A DNA stretch of 63,076 nucleotides, the filler included, from Asterionella formosa (lineage: Eukaryota), in NCBI GenBank assembly GCA_002256025.1. It is 6 parts of 6 records of this genome, joined end to end, with 100 filler letters (N's around TTAATTAATTAA, not from the genome) between each part and the next. Parts side by side here need not be neighbours in the genome. Positions count along the whole stretch, not along the records: positions 1 to 27,856 come from NKIB01001389.1; 5 more parts are not named here. One strand, given 5' to 3'. The position numbers were made by a program, and so were the translations under genes. The notes under the pieces are model-generated. The model saw only the letters and a list, made by a program, of their open reading frames with translations. It was not told the DNA's origin and did no database searches. The number at the start of each line of letters is the position of its first letter. Position 1 is the stretch's first letter. Of the stretch, positions 1-12,478 are shown piece by piece.

Positions 1-400
1 CTGGTATGAATCACCACGGCCATGCGTCATGCAATGTTATAACTGGTACCAGGGGGGTGCCAGTACCAGGTATTGCATGACCACTCACATGCCAGTACGG
101 GTAGTCCGATTTTGTTGGCTGCCGTGCGCCGAGCGGTCAATATTTCTTACGCATTCCGGAGTGGTAGCTGGTACCTGGTAGTTAGTAAGGTACATATGAG
201 CATAAAAGCAAAAGTATATGGAAGGTGCGGTAATTGCGCCCACTGCGCGCTTTTTTGGTTTAAGCCCACCTCCAGAGCTTCAAAGCCACAACAAACTGAT
301 GGAGTCGGCTGACTTTCTAGCCAATGGTTTTTTCTTTAGTAAAAACAAATTATAACCTTACTTACGAAAAGGTAATAACTTCTAAGCCGAGCCAACTTAC

Positions 401-515
401 AGTGAGCAAAATTTTTTAGCAATGAACAAATGCATGGAGCAATGAGCAAAATTTTCGTGTAGTGAGCAAAAAAATTCGGGACAGAGCAAAAGCAAAAATT
501 CATGGGCAAAAAATA
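401..515. repeat. Cluster of GAGCAAAA-like short motifs (possible TE subterminal array)
   Basis: Repeated gtgagcaaaa / atgagcaaaa / cagagcaaaagcaaaa / tgggcaaaaa within ~115 bp. Confidence 0.55.
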
Positions 516-806
516 GAACCTCGTCATTTTTGGCTGAAACAATTTCATCTTCATTTGTCGGAATTAGAGCAACAATTGAATTCTGGTAGAAAATTCTATG
601 CAATACTGGTCATTGAACAATTCTAATTATACCACTGTTATATCCTTGAATGAGGGGCCACGAAGTAGACCCCGTAGGCCTAGCATTATCAAAAACTTGA
701 CCCTATGTATGTATTCATCAGTAATATTTTGCGCCTAAAAACTCTTGTTAAAATCACATTGAAAATGTCGGTATTATTCTGTTGGTTAACTCATCAATTT
801 TGCAAC

Positions 807-888
807 CTCTCGCGCCGCTTGATTTATCAACAACATAACCGCCATGATCAGTGCTTTCAGTAAACGCATGAATCAAGCGGCGCGGGAG
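807..888. repeat. Inverted repeat (21-bp arms, 40-bp spacer)
   Basis: ctctcgcgccgcttgatttat (807-827) vs atgaatcaagcggcgcgggag (868-888); two mismatches, both T:G. Confidence 0.75.
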
Positions 889-1039
889 CACACTATTTCG
901 TTTAAATACGACCTATTTAGTGTTGAGCATGGCAAATCCACGCCTACATGACCAAAAAAATCACGTACAAACCTCTTGAGCTTGACAGTATGGTACCTGG
1001 AGGTGAAACTGTACAGGAATTCCTCAAATAGGGTGGTGC

Positions 1040-1385
1040 TAGCTACTATAGCAGTAACAATATAGCTACTTCGACGATTTCACAACCATCGCTGTGCAAT
1101 GGACTTGATTTCAAGGTCATCAATGAATGAACTCAACCTTGTCAATATCAGTGTAATTAGCATAATTCTTTTACGATTGTATAGTCGATGATGTCGTGAT
1201 TGCACGTACCAAATAACAAAGCATCGTTCTGATTTTTCATTAAGTTATTTGTTATCTTTGTCGTGGTCAAGACTGAGACAACAGTTTGCAATATTCGCTC
1301 TCCAGACGTTCAGAATGACTACACTGTAATGTTTTAAATAGAGAAAAAGCATAAATCTAAGCTAAGTTATTTCATTCTAGTGCCT
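1040..1385 (-). repeat. Dispersed repeat, diverged inverted copy of ~46000-46350
   Basis: Reverse complement ttgaccacgacaaagataac...tacaatcgtaaaagaattatgctaattacac matches ttgaccatgacaaaaatagc...tacgatcgtaaaagaattactttaataacac at ~46113-46232. Confidence 0.7.
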
Positions 1386-1837
1386 ATGTGGGCTGCCTCG
1401 GATACTACCCTGGTGTGCATGAATCCATCAAAAGGCAAGGTGTATGATTTATTGCATGTTTCATGGGAAATACATTGGTTACTTCACCTTATGTTTACTG
1501 GTATGTTGTATCATTCACTAAAGTGTTATGTAGGTATGTGGCTGTGATGGCTTTGGGTTGAAATGATCATGGCATCACACATTAAGGGAAATTGATAATT
1601 TAAGCAAATGTACTTCAAGCAAAGCGGTCAAACATTAAGTAAATCCTAGCTATGGTACGACCAACTTGCAGAATAACAAGTTACAGTTAATTCCAAACAA
1701 CCAGGCGGTGGGGTGGTTTATTAAATGAAAAATCAGAAGGGATACACAAGAATCATTTTATTTCAATTTATTTAGATTACCTGTAACCGTTATAAACTTT
1801 CAAACGGAAAAGCGCTGCCTCCTTTCACCGCAGAATC

Positions 1838-2362
1838 GCTGACTACCAACTTCAACTTGCTGACTGCGGACTTCTTGTTGCTAACTGCTGACTTGATTTG
1901 CTGAAAATTTGAAATATTCGCTGACTGCTAACTTCAACATGCTGACGTCAAAGAAGCTGCTTTGAACATAGGAAGAGACCGACTACCGTTACCAGCCAGT
2001 GTACAAATCGTGTCTACTTTTCAAATTAGAATCACGATGGAAACGCATCATCATTTTGTTGTTGGGATACTAAAAGCGATGCCTTCTACGTTCATACTAT
2101 ACTATTGGGAGTAACATAGATGTACCTGGTACTCCGTACATGATAATAAACTGTGAAATCGACATCAATGCCAAAAAAACATTGATTGCTATCTACTTCG
2201 TGATATTGCTACCACCATATACCAGTACTATCGTAAAAATGCTGACTTCAACTTGCTAACTACTGACTGCTGACTTGATTTGCTGAAAATTTGAAAAAAT
2301 CGCTGACTTCTGACTTCTTTTGCTGACTGCTGACATGAAATCGCTGACTGCTGACTTCAAGT
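1838..2362 (+). repeat. Two ~120-bp blocks of GCTGACT(GCTGACTT) motifs
   Basis: 1838-1950 and 2240-2362 share ctgctgacttgatttgctgaaaatttgaaa and multiple GCTGACT units. Confidence 0.75.
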
Positions 2363-4896
2363 TCATTTTGACAATAAAACGAGTAATGGCTTAACATCTA
2401 TGTAAATGACAATTTAAAGAGTATTGGAGTGGCGCAAAATTTAGGGGTTGAACAGAAAACGAGCAACCTGCACGCTATGTGCGCTGATTACCGGACCTTC
2501 CTGAAGGCAATACACGCCCGAGGTGGTCTCTTGCCTGCGAGGATACATGTGTTCGAGGCTGGGTGGCACAAGTAGGTCGACCGTACAAGTGGTGCCCCCG
2601 GAGCTGCGAGAAGGTCACCCTACAAATGATGCCATCCCAATCGAGTACACATTTATGTGAGAAGGCAAGTAGCCGCTGAGAAGGGTACTATTGAGGAAAT
2701 TCCCGCTCTAGCTATCGTTGTGTCATTCGCTTACCTACTGCCCACAAATAAAGCATAAATGTCAATTTTAGCTTACTATTGCCTATCATATAAAGTAAAT
2801 TTTGTTTATTTCCTATCTTTACATCGAAAATTGCCAAAGGTCCGATATTGCCCATTATTAAAATATATTTTGTATATTTCATATGTTAGCATTTTGGCAA
2901 GACAACAGATGCCAATTGCCCCTCGGTTTTCCAGCCCTGGGATTGCTGAAATTGGCAAAGGTTCCACTTAAGGAAACCATTTTAAATACTCTACAGATTT
3001 AAATAATTTATATCTAGAATTCACCTCGTTTTCTTCATCAACTGAAAAGTGGACTCCGGCAATTCACCTTTCACCGTGCTGATCGTCGTCCATCATGACC
3101 GGGTTGAAGCGAAATCAGTTCAGCCAGTGATGACACCAGTAGCGATTCGTTGTCTGACAGATGCGGTTGGTTGTTGGATTGCTTTTATTCTCGAGGGCTT
3201 CATGTAGTTGCATCGTCCATATTTCGTTGGACAAACAATGATAGCGATGCATCTGGTGAGGTTGGTGGCACGTTTTTGCTCCGGTCATGCATGTGATGAT
3301 GCTGCCTTACCTGGGCTGTGACGGTAGTCATCTATCCTACATACGTACGTGGTACTGAAAACAACCAATCATGCATGGTACTTTGAACACATTATAATTT
3401 TATCTCTTTAGACTCGGTATTATGTTTACGAGACCAGAATGTTAAATTATATTGTTCACATATTGATTGATTTTACGTACTGAATGGCCGATTTCGTCCT
3501 CACAATTATAATTCTCAGTCTATCCTGCCTGCCGTTGCTCAATTTGGGCTTGCAACAGAAACTTTCGACTTTTTTTATGCGCTCATCGTCTGCTGCGTGT
3601 TACCCTTGTTAGAGCAGATCGGTGAGTACAACAGTCAAATACTGAATGTGATCATATTTAGCTACGATTGTCGATTTTCCGATTTGATTGCTTCTGTGGT
3701 TTGTATTGATCGCTTCCATTGTTGTTTGTCGTTACGCACTGTTGTTTTGTTTTGATTGTATATATCTACATAAGAACCAATGTATTTATCAATGACTACT
3801 CTTTGAAGATGTGGGATTGTGCCGTTGTTGATCATATTTGTTGATTTTTACTATAGTTGTTGACAATGATGTCAATGTTGCCGCCAAGCAATGCTTTTCT
3901 TGTACCAACGCGTTTTGCTACCTTTCTACAATGAGTTTGTATCACAAGCTACGTAAAAATACTTCGCTAGAGGGAATTGATAGTGCAGGAGCAGCCTGGC
4001 GATCATGCTCACTCAGAATGGAATGATGAGGGCTGTTGTTTGGTGGGAGGAATGACTGTGGTGGAAAGACCGCTATTACTAATGTCAGGCTGCTACAGCA
4101 ATGTGAATGGTTGCAGCAAACAGATCATATATGCTACATAGAGATGCAGGTATAGTTGGTTTCCGCTTTTCTCTTCTCATTTCGGTCTTTGATTCTTGTG
4201 TGGTAATAGAAAGTCAATCTTGCCTGTGTAAGAACTATAATGTCACAATGCATATGTCTCCATTGAAACTCCTATTTTTTACTTCATTTCTAACCCAAAA
4301 CAATTTTTTCTATTTCTTATTTGATGCTACTTATTACTTTGCATTTCATACTTTGGTTGCTCCAAACATCATGTTCAATTTTCATTTATGTTGCATGTTG
4401 TTACAGTCATTCTTGTGTGTTTTATGCTTGTTGTACCCTTTCTATGTATTTTACCATAATTCTGGCTGTCATGCTAAAATCGGCAATTTTGATGTCGAAA
4501 AATTCGATGTGCCTCATATTGCCCATAAATAAAAATTACTTAACAAATTACTTAGAGCCTAAAAATTACCAAGAAGTACCCAAATGGCAAGACAATGGCT
4601 GGACCGGGAATTAAGCGGAGTACAGGATACCTTTTTTAACTATGCTATAAAGACTTGAAATTTCGGGGGAAATCACTTTATTTGGCATAGTAAAAAAACC
4701 GAAGTTCCTTTCTGCAGTTTCTCACCAGAAGTTATATACTGATGCTATTTGAAGGACACCTATGTATCTAAATCGGCTTCAGACCCAGCTGGAGCTGCCG
4801 GGTCGTATATAAGAAAAATAATCGTTGGTATAGCTAGTTAGTACATATACAGACAGTGATGAACAAAATCAATATATATATAATTAACTATTTCAA

Positions 4897-5059
4897 AAAG
4901 GAATCTATGTATGTACGCGCAAATTTCCACTGATTTGAATATTTCAAACGGAATCATGTCATACAAAAATGGCTCCTATAAATTCTTAGTTCCAGGGAAT
5001 TTCGGCAACCCTAAGCAATATTTTAATTTTGCCTTATGGTTGAAATGCAGGAACCTTAA
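4897..5059 (-). mobile_element. Probable DNA-transposon terminus; inverted copy of 45574-45737
   Basis: Reverse complement taaggttcctgcatttcaaccataaggc...gggttgccgaaattccctggaactaagaattta closely matches 45574 onward; similarity stops at a T/CTAA boundary. Confidence 0.7.
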
Positions 5060-5522
5060 GATAGTGACATGCCAGCGCTAGGATTTATGCTAGTTTTTAT
5101 ATTCTTCAAAACAGGGAAACATCAAGAAAACACAACAGTGACCGGGGCAATAGAAGGGCGGCCCAAAGGAAAAAAACGAAGCCAAAAACGTATTTCTTAT
5201 TCAACAACCCCCCAGTAGACCAATACGAGAGGCCAACAGGAAAAAACTACGACTTGGATTAAATTTTACCAGCTGGTACGGTATTAGAACTTGCAGTATT
5301 TATATACCGTACTATACACCCAACCATTATAGTCTAGGCAATTATTTCAACAGATCACAGAAATGCGGTTACACGTAGGAACTAGCTATTCTTAGCAGCG
5401 GTGACATGCAGAGCTTGTTAACAGCATTTCACGAGAAACAGTCAACTGGCTGTCTACTATATAGCTTTTAGGTTATCTATAGGCGAATCTAAGGGAGGAT
5501 CCTGGCACATCGTGGCTGGCCA

Positions 5523-7409
5523 CTAAACCAGCACGTGATCGAGTGGTACCAGGGCAAGAACAGCAACAAACCATAAACTAAAGCCAGCTGCGGCTCGCCA
5601 AATATTAACCTTGTCAACCTCGTCCCGGCATGGCACTTCTTGATCATTCTGGACAAGGTTGTTGACAACCCAAGCTCCCAGTAAGACATCGTGTTGATCC
5701 AGTGCCAACGTTGTCAACAACAAAGCAAACCAAGTTACACCTCCAACCAACAAATGCCCGTTTCGACTAAACAAAGCTTGTGACATGCGACCACCGTCAG
5801 TGCTTCCTAGCGGTAACAAAGCGAGGGAGTTAATCAAGAGACCAGTGAACCCAGCAACCGCGTAAGGATGCATTAGGATATTGGCGTTTTCAGCTTGCGC
5901 GGTAATATATCCGGCGCCTCCATAAAGAGTGTCAATAATGGTGCCTCCCAGTGTACTCAGCCGCAGCAGGCTAACAGGCAGGGCAGGAAAGTATAAACTT
6001 GTTTCGGGGTCTGCAAGAAGTGTCATTTGAACACCCACAACGAGAAATATCAATGATGACATTATGCCCATAAATGGTCCAAGGAATGCAAAGTCAAACA
6101 AGGACGTCATGTTATTGGGCGACGTCTTGAATTGTGTCTGCGTTCCCATAAACGGTAGGATCCAAAACGGAAGCAACGTAGGTGGTGATATCTTGATCTT
6201 CTCCTTCCATGCGACCAAGAGATGGCCCAATTCGTGAAGAACCTGAATTATGGCAATGGGAATCAATAACTGGGCGAGCAGACCATTGAACCAATTCACG
6301 GCGCTAGTGTCACCGGTTGCAGTCAAGTCAGCAAGACGGGAAGCCACGACTTCGTTGCCCCCATAGACTCCGAAGCCAAACAGGAAGCACGAAACCACAG
6401 CGGCTGCAGTACTAAACGACAATAGCCACCAAGCTACCTCTGGCGTAAAGTCATTGTTCAGCAAAACCAGGACGGGATCGGCATCTGGATTCTCTACGTC
6501 AGCTTCCTTCGTGAAGTCAGGCATATATGAAACTTGAGCGCCCCAGTTAACGGGCAACTTCTCGTCTAAACCTTCAACAATATCCTTTCCAGTCTTCTTC
6601 CTTGGTTGTCCCCGTATCAAAAATCCACCTGGTATAGGCAAAGGCTTACCCGTGACCGCAAAGATTGATTTATCTTCTAGGGCTTTCAGGAGAGTCTGTA
6701 AATCCTTTTCTTGGGCTCCCTTGCCTTCTTTTCTCGTTGTGCGCCCAAGGTGTTGCTTCACTAGGCTCTCAAACCGAACTTCGTCGGTTGACTTGCCATC
6801 GAAAAGCCCACTAATAATAAGCTCTGTTTCTGCTGTAACGGTGCGAGGCTTATCGCTATTAGTCATAACATTACGTCGTGCCGTCGTTGCCATGTTCTTT
6901 TGTACAGTCTTCAGAGCATCCTCAAGAAGCTGCGGTGTCAGGGTTCTTCCTCTTTCATAGATTCGATAGAGCACATCAGGGTACTCGGTGATGTCTAACA
7001 GTGTGTCGTCGGGGAGATCTACAACTCGAATCATTGCCAACTGCATAGAAAAGGGCAGATCGCAGAAATATGCAAGGTCCTTTTCAAACTGTTCCGCACC
7101 CATACCAGGGGGAGGTAAAAGGTTCAGTGCCCAGGCAACAACATCTTCCTCAACTGCATCAATATCGGAGGAAAAATCGGAAAGACTTGCTTCATCAGTA
7201 GCTCGAATGGCACTTTCTAGCGCGTCTAGGCGTTCTAACGCGGACTTCGCTTTTAATCTTTGGTCCAAAAGCAGTTCATTGTCGTTTGAGGGAGAGAACC
7301 GAAGTGAACTTTGACGAGGCAAAGCTAATGCTTCTCTCGAAAATGGAAGAATTGTCTGTAAAGCTGACGATGAGAGCAACACAGAAGCTAAAAGGAGCGT
7401 TCTGATCAT
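5523..7409 (-). CDS. Peptidase M50 / site-2 protease family membrane zinc metalloprotease (EGY-like), probably plastid-targeted, ~628 aa
   Basis: HELGH zinc motif, NSLALLPLGSTDGG (NxxxxxPxxxxDG) motif, several hydrophobic segments; ATG at 7409 opens a signal peptide (MIRTLLLASVLLSSSAL) plus S/R-rich transit-like region. Confidence 0.88.
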   Translation of the reverse strand: MIRTLLLASVLLSSSALQTILPFSREALALPRQSSLRFSPSNDNELLLDQRLKAKSALERLDALESAIRATDEASLSDFSSDIDAVEEDVVAWALNLLPPPGMGAEQFEKDLAYFCDLPFSMQLAMIRVVDLPDDTLLDITEYPDVLYRIYERGRTLTPQLLEDALKTVQKNMATTARRNVMTNSDKPRTVTAETELIISGLFDGKSTDEVRFESLVKQHLGRTTRKEGKGAQEKDLQTLLKALEDKSIFAVTGKPLPIPGGFLIRGQPRKKTGKDIVEGLDEKLPVNWGAQVSYMPDFTKEADVENPDADPVLVLLNNDFTPEVAWWLLSFSTAAAVVSCFLFGFGVYGGNEVVASRLADLTATGDTSAVNWFNGLLAQLLIPIAIIQVLHELGHLLVAWKEKIKISPPTLLPFWILPFMGTQTQFKTSPNNMTSLFDFAFLGPFMGIMSSLIFLVVGVQMTLLADPETSLYFPALPVSLLRLSTLGGTIIDTLYGGAGYITAQAENANILMHPYAVAGFTGLLINSLALLPLGSTDGGRMSQALFSRNGHLLVGGVTWFALLLTTLALDQHDVLLGAWVVNNLVQNDQEVPCRDEVDKVNIWRAAAGFSLWFVAVLALVPLDHVLV

Positions 7410-10089
7410 CACCGCTGACCCTAAGGAGAACCTAAAACTCATATTCTTCTTCGTCGAGCGAACCGTTTTGTGAGGATTTTGTGTGATGTGGCTGATGCGT
7501 TGCACAAGAATCATTTTACCTGACACTGAGGTCGGTGTGTTCCGTGTCCACCAGGCAACATACGACAAATTCTGAACACAAGTACAGGTATATGGAGACG
7601 GAATCCAGAATCAGCTTGGATGTAATGCTAATGTCGAAATTGAGTATCACGACATGCGCCTTGCCTTCATCAGCAACTGTGTACATGCATACCAGTAATG
7701 TGGTAAAAAGTTTCGACAGCTGGTATAATCTATTTTTAAACCCTAATAAATTTTGGGGCAAACTAACAATTTGTCTTATGCCTTCTGATCATATAATTTC
7801 TGTATCAATGACCACAAATATTATTCGCAGCAATCAACTATAATTTCTATGAAGAGAAAAGTAAAATGGCAATGCTGTTGCAATATTAATGCATGTTGTT
7901 GTGGTAATATCAACCAGAACTATATTACATTATATGACTAGTAGCTAGTACTGCAAATAGTTGAAAAAATCGCTGAACAGCATGCTGTATAGATTCACTG
8001 CTCCGCTTGCTTGTGTTTGCAGCCTTCAAATCGATTTTCTAGCAACAATCATTGTAACACCGCCCACACTAACCTTCGCTTCAAGCACAGTATTCTTAGC
8101 TGCTGTTTCACTACTAGCATCTGTTGGTTGTGGCTGATTGTTGGATGCGAAGCAATCATTCCTGCAAATAAGAGAGAGATCAATATAATAGAGTTGCTCA
8201 AGGGGATCAATGGCAAGGCGCACACACCAATCATCTTGAAAAATAACCTGTTCCTCTGTGGTGCAGCCTGCATCCCGCCTTGCCTTGTTCCCATTCCTTG
8301 GATTCAATTTCCAGTTGTTGGAGTCTGTTTCTAGTATGTGCTGTGAGCCACCCAGCTTCGTGCTCCAAGCACAACCTTGCGAACAGGAGGCTACTATTGT
8401 TGCTGTATGCTCGCCTTGTTGCACCAGCCACCACAATGATATTTCTACCATCATTTGTTCACTAACATTCTGGAGAGGATGCCTGTGAATAGAGAAATTC
8501 TTTATAATGAGGTGGAGATGCTTGATGCTGAGGATCCTAAATGAAATCGCCCGTATCTAGCACAGCATGATACTCATGTAATTTTAATTGACTGCATACA
8601 TATTTTGTGATGCCATTCCTCGCTGAAATTGCCCATAGACACATAATAATTTCGTACTAGTATGCATCAAAGTGCATAAATATAGATTCCGTTAGGAAAA
8701 CCACTGCCTATGTAAAATGCCACCACGAGAATTAACTACCAGAAAAAACGGCCAAATAATCAAACTTCCCTCCAAGCAAGTTCAACTAGATATATTGTGT
8801 TAAATTACAAACTTGTAATGAACTGAAGTTCAGAATTCGGTCGGAAAACATTTCTACGAAAACCAGCATAAGTGTCCAGTAGATGTCTGATGATGACTGA
8901 TGGCTGATGTATATATTATTTGTATTAGAAATATTATTATGCAATTGATGGAAGATTTTGCTCTCCTCATTGCTCGCTTAATTGTACGTGTATTCCGGTA
9001 TCAGCTACAACGGCATTAGTAACCTGACCAGACATGTGCCATGCAATACTTACCTGTACAATCATCACATCATGCAACTATGGCTGCCCTAGCTAGTCAT
9101 CATTGGTTGAACTTTGATTTGATAACCCTAAAAATCAATTAAGACGACAAAGCTAGTTACTCTACAAAGACCATGGTGTTAACTTTTGAGACCATCATGG
9201 ATCTAAAAACAACCTTTAAAGGCAATATTCGTGTTTATTTGCCTTCATTGGAGACCATGTATGATTGTAATAGTCATCAGGTGAGCTTGTCTGTACAAAG
9301 ATAGGGAAAGTATTTAATGGGCCGAGTGCAATTATTGGATAGCTTTCATGTACTATAAAATGTAATTGACATTTTTATGATGGTGCGACAAGAATTTCCT
9401 AGCTTCGTCATGTATTTTTTATGTATCATGTTGCGCAATCAAATCAAATAGCCATTGAAGTAACAATGTAATGAAATATCATGCAAACGATCTGTTTAAT
9501 ATGACTTCATAGAAGTGATTATCATTCTAGCTCTTGTTCTTGGTTCTTGGCAGTGAGATCTTCTGGTGCCACTGCCATCACGGTGCTTGCACGCTTGTAG
9601 GTTGTTGTTTGTAGTGGGCGCTTGTGAAAGAATTCTTTTCCTTGATTTCTTAGATGGCATTGCTGTTGCGGCGCTAGTTTTATAATGGCGTCGGATGCTT
9701 TGTTTTGGGGGGGGGGGGGGGGGAGAACGGTTGGTTGTTGGACGAAGTGGTGCTTGCAACTGTTGATCGGGGATTTTCGTCGATTTCAAATATCAACATT
9801 TAATTATAGACAACTCCTTGATTTATTTTTGTAAAATAGTCACAATCTTGGCATGAAGTTCATGTGGTACTTCGAGGTCAACAGCACTGTTGAAAAGTGG
9901 AGCAAAACATCTCCGATAGCAGTTGCTTGTCTAAGGCTAATCATAGTAATGACAGTATTTCGTGTAATATAGATTTATCGTGATGAAACTATCTTTACAT
10001 GCCATACCAGATCGAAAAGTCCGCAAAAATATATTATTGTTTCTTCGCGATTTTCAACTTCATCTCTCAGCCAAGAAAATCCGCCTGGC

Positions 10090-10150
10090 TGGTCATATTT
10101 CAGACTTAAGCTCGCCGTGTATACATTAGCTTAAGTCTAAAATGTGACCA
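10090..10150. repeat. Inverted repeat/hairpin (23-bp arms, 15-bp loop)
   Basis: tggtcatatttcagacttaagct / agcttaagtctaaaatgtgacca, two mismatches. Confidence 0.75.
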
Positions 10151-10309
10151 TGATTGCCAAGCACATGAAAGGAATCGTTTTCCGATCGACCGCTTATTTA
10201 CTTGCTATTGATGGCAGCGACCAAACTAAATAAAGTTAGCTGTAAACAATGCGCCCAAGGATGACGCTCCTCCAAGAACTCCCATCATTGAGCGAGTGCT
10301 GAGTCCCTT

Positions 10310-10950
10310 CAATGATGTATTGTATCTGTCATTCCGATTTTCATCGTTGTTGATGCTAATGCCTGCTGCCTTGGATTCTCTTGGGTTATTCAATGTGTCA
10401 ATGCATAGTCAGTTCATATGGCGCTGTTGACTGCTGTGCTGTCCATGCTGCAATATTATTTGCAAAGTTTTTTGTATTCCATTCATTGTAGATGCTGTTG
10501 TTGATGTTAATGTCAGCTGCCACATCGCTTTTTGTGTTCCATTCTTATTATTATGATTTTCATTGTTGTTGGTGCTCATGTCCGCTGCCTTGTTCTCAAG
10601 GAGTTATTCATTGCATCATTATGCTGTTCACATGGCACTGGTGACTGTGCTGTACCTCCTGCATGTTTCTCGTAGTTTTTTGTATTCCATTCTTTATAGA
10701 AGATTCTGTGATTCCGTTTGTCACTGTTGTTGATGCTAATGCCCGCTGCCTTGGATTGTCTTGACTTATTCATTGTGTCCTTAGTCGGTTCATATGGCGC
10801 TGTCAAGGAAGACTGCTGTGCTGCTGTCCATGCTGCAATATTATTTGCAAATTTTTTTATATTCCATTCATTGTAGATTTTGTTGTTCTGATTATTGTCG
10901 TTGTTGATGTTAATGGCCACTGCCTTTTTGGATTGTCTTGAGTTGTTCAT
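10310..10950 (-). repeat. Degenerate tandem coding repeats of ~160-215 bp (MNxSRQSK...YNEWNTK)
   Basis: ORF 10576-10950 has two ~55-59-aa repeats; the same DNA blocks (gttgatgctaatgcctgctgccttggatt, tgtccatgctgcaatattatttgcaaa) recur down to ~10310. Confidence 0.65.
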
Positions 10951-11553
10951 TAAAAGGTCAATTAAATTTTATAGTACATTAAAGCTGTCCAATAATTGCA
11001 CTCGGGATCAAATAAATGGACACAATTAGTACCGGGGTTTTTAATCGTCCGTTACAACGGGACCTGTCTTTTCGTATGTAGAGTCAATGATGGTCAATCA
11101 GTGGTACTATTCAGGTGTTTATTGCTCCACGCCGCTTCTAAAGTAGTGATTTGTTTGGTCCATGTCTGCAGATCTGTATCCAACAATCTTACCTCCAGGT
11201 TGCTTCGTTACTAGGCCCTTCAGTGCATGGAACCAATGCAAAAGTTGTCCCACTGCAACTAGTGTAATTATGCTATCCTCCTGGCTGGTCTACCCAATGA
11301 GCAGTAACCTGGAAGGGGTTTACGTGCTCACCAGCACTCTAAGGAGGATGCTTTTCAGCACCTTGGAGGGCCCTGCTGTACTCGGTCAAACTCAAAGAGT
11401 TCCATTGCTTTCTCCTAGTAGTGGCTACATGGCTGGTGGCAACATACCATATGTACCTGACCAACCCCTAAAGCTATGGATGTATATGATTAGATGTGTT
11501 TTTAGGAAATCAATATCTCAAATCAATCTTACGACTACATGAAATGTCGACTC

Positions 11554-12478
11554 CTATGGTCGAGGAATGTAGACGAGTCGACAGCCAGCTTTGGTGAAAC
11601 CATTGCAAAGATTTAACTTTGCTAGTTGAATAATCCCAGCAGCACAACATTCTCGCATGTAGTGATAATTAATATTACTGTGCTTTTTCTTACGTGGTGA
11701 TCCTGGTGTCGAACCACTGATGAGTGACCCCAGGAGATTATCGCTTACTAATAGTAGAATCGACTGTGTGGTTACTGGCACACCAAAGGATCTTAACATG
11801 TATTTAATAATGACAGCTTCTTCCGACGCGGCGTAAGTGCTATGGCTCCCTGAATTTTGGACGCCCAAGTTACTGGAGTAGCTAGAACCAATATAGGCTA
11901 TCATACCAATAATTGATCTCCGGGTCTTTTGGTCATGGGCATGATCTGAATCGAAGTATATTATTGTACTTCATTCCACCCCCATGGGGTGTGGAAACTT
12001 AGCATCCAATTCTTCTATCGCACCAGGGTATTCTTCGATCCAGTCCTCGTTGTTCATGAGGGTGATTTCAGGTAGTCTGTAATTAGCTGGGTCAATCCGG
12101 ATAGCAAGAGCCTTGTTCTTGTTGATGTACTTGAACACGCGCTTAGCCATTTCCGATGATTTTCCTGTGGCGCCAAGCTGTACCTGCTCAAGGATGAAAT
12201 TGGCTGCATAGCACAAGTCAAACTTACCACAGGTTATGAGCGACTGGGCAATGTCAACTAATTGTTGGTACAGCATATGTTTCTCACAATCCAGTAGCGG
12301 TGACTCATCTAGCTCTAGATGAAAGGTAGATGACATGCTGGGTGTCTTTTCCTTTCCTAGTTCCTCGCTCCTTACGGCCTAGTAGTAGGATGCACAGCCT
12401 TTCAAGTGGCCTGCTTAACATACGTTTCGGTTCCTATGCTCCATTTTCCATCTGTTCTGATGGCCGTCTGCAAATAGA
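11554..12478 (-). mobile_element. Ty1/Copia retrotransposon remnant (RT C-terminus and RNase H), frameshifted
   Basis: HLELDESPLL..LYQQLV..GKFDLCYA (RT end), YFDSDHAHDQKTRRS (RNase H), LVSDN and KKKHSNINYHYMRECCAAG; frameshifts between the pieces. Confidence 0.88.

Noticed and set aside
1838..2362. CRISPR-like appearance of short repeats (also 59061-59183 and 61615-61942)
   Set aside because: No constant repeat with regular unique spacers, no cas genes, eukaryotic context
8026..8454. 142-aa minus-strand ORF and overlapping short ORFs
   Set aside because: No recognisable domain; competing frames; at best decayed coding DNA
9496..9789. Pro-rich ORF over a G18 run
   Set aside because: The poly-Pro comes from a homopolymer; no ATG start or domain support
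11078..11550. Possible 3' LTR of the Copia remnant
   Set aside because: No convincing PPT, TG..CA pair or second copy in the window
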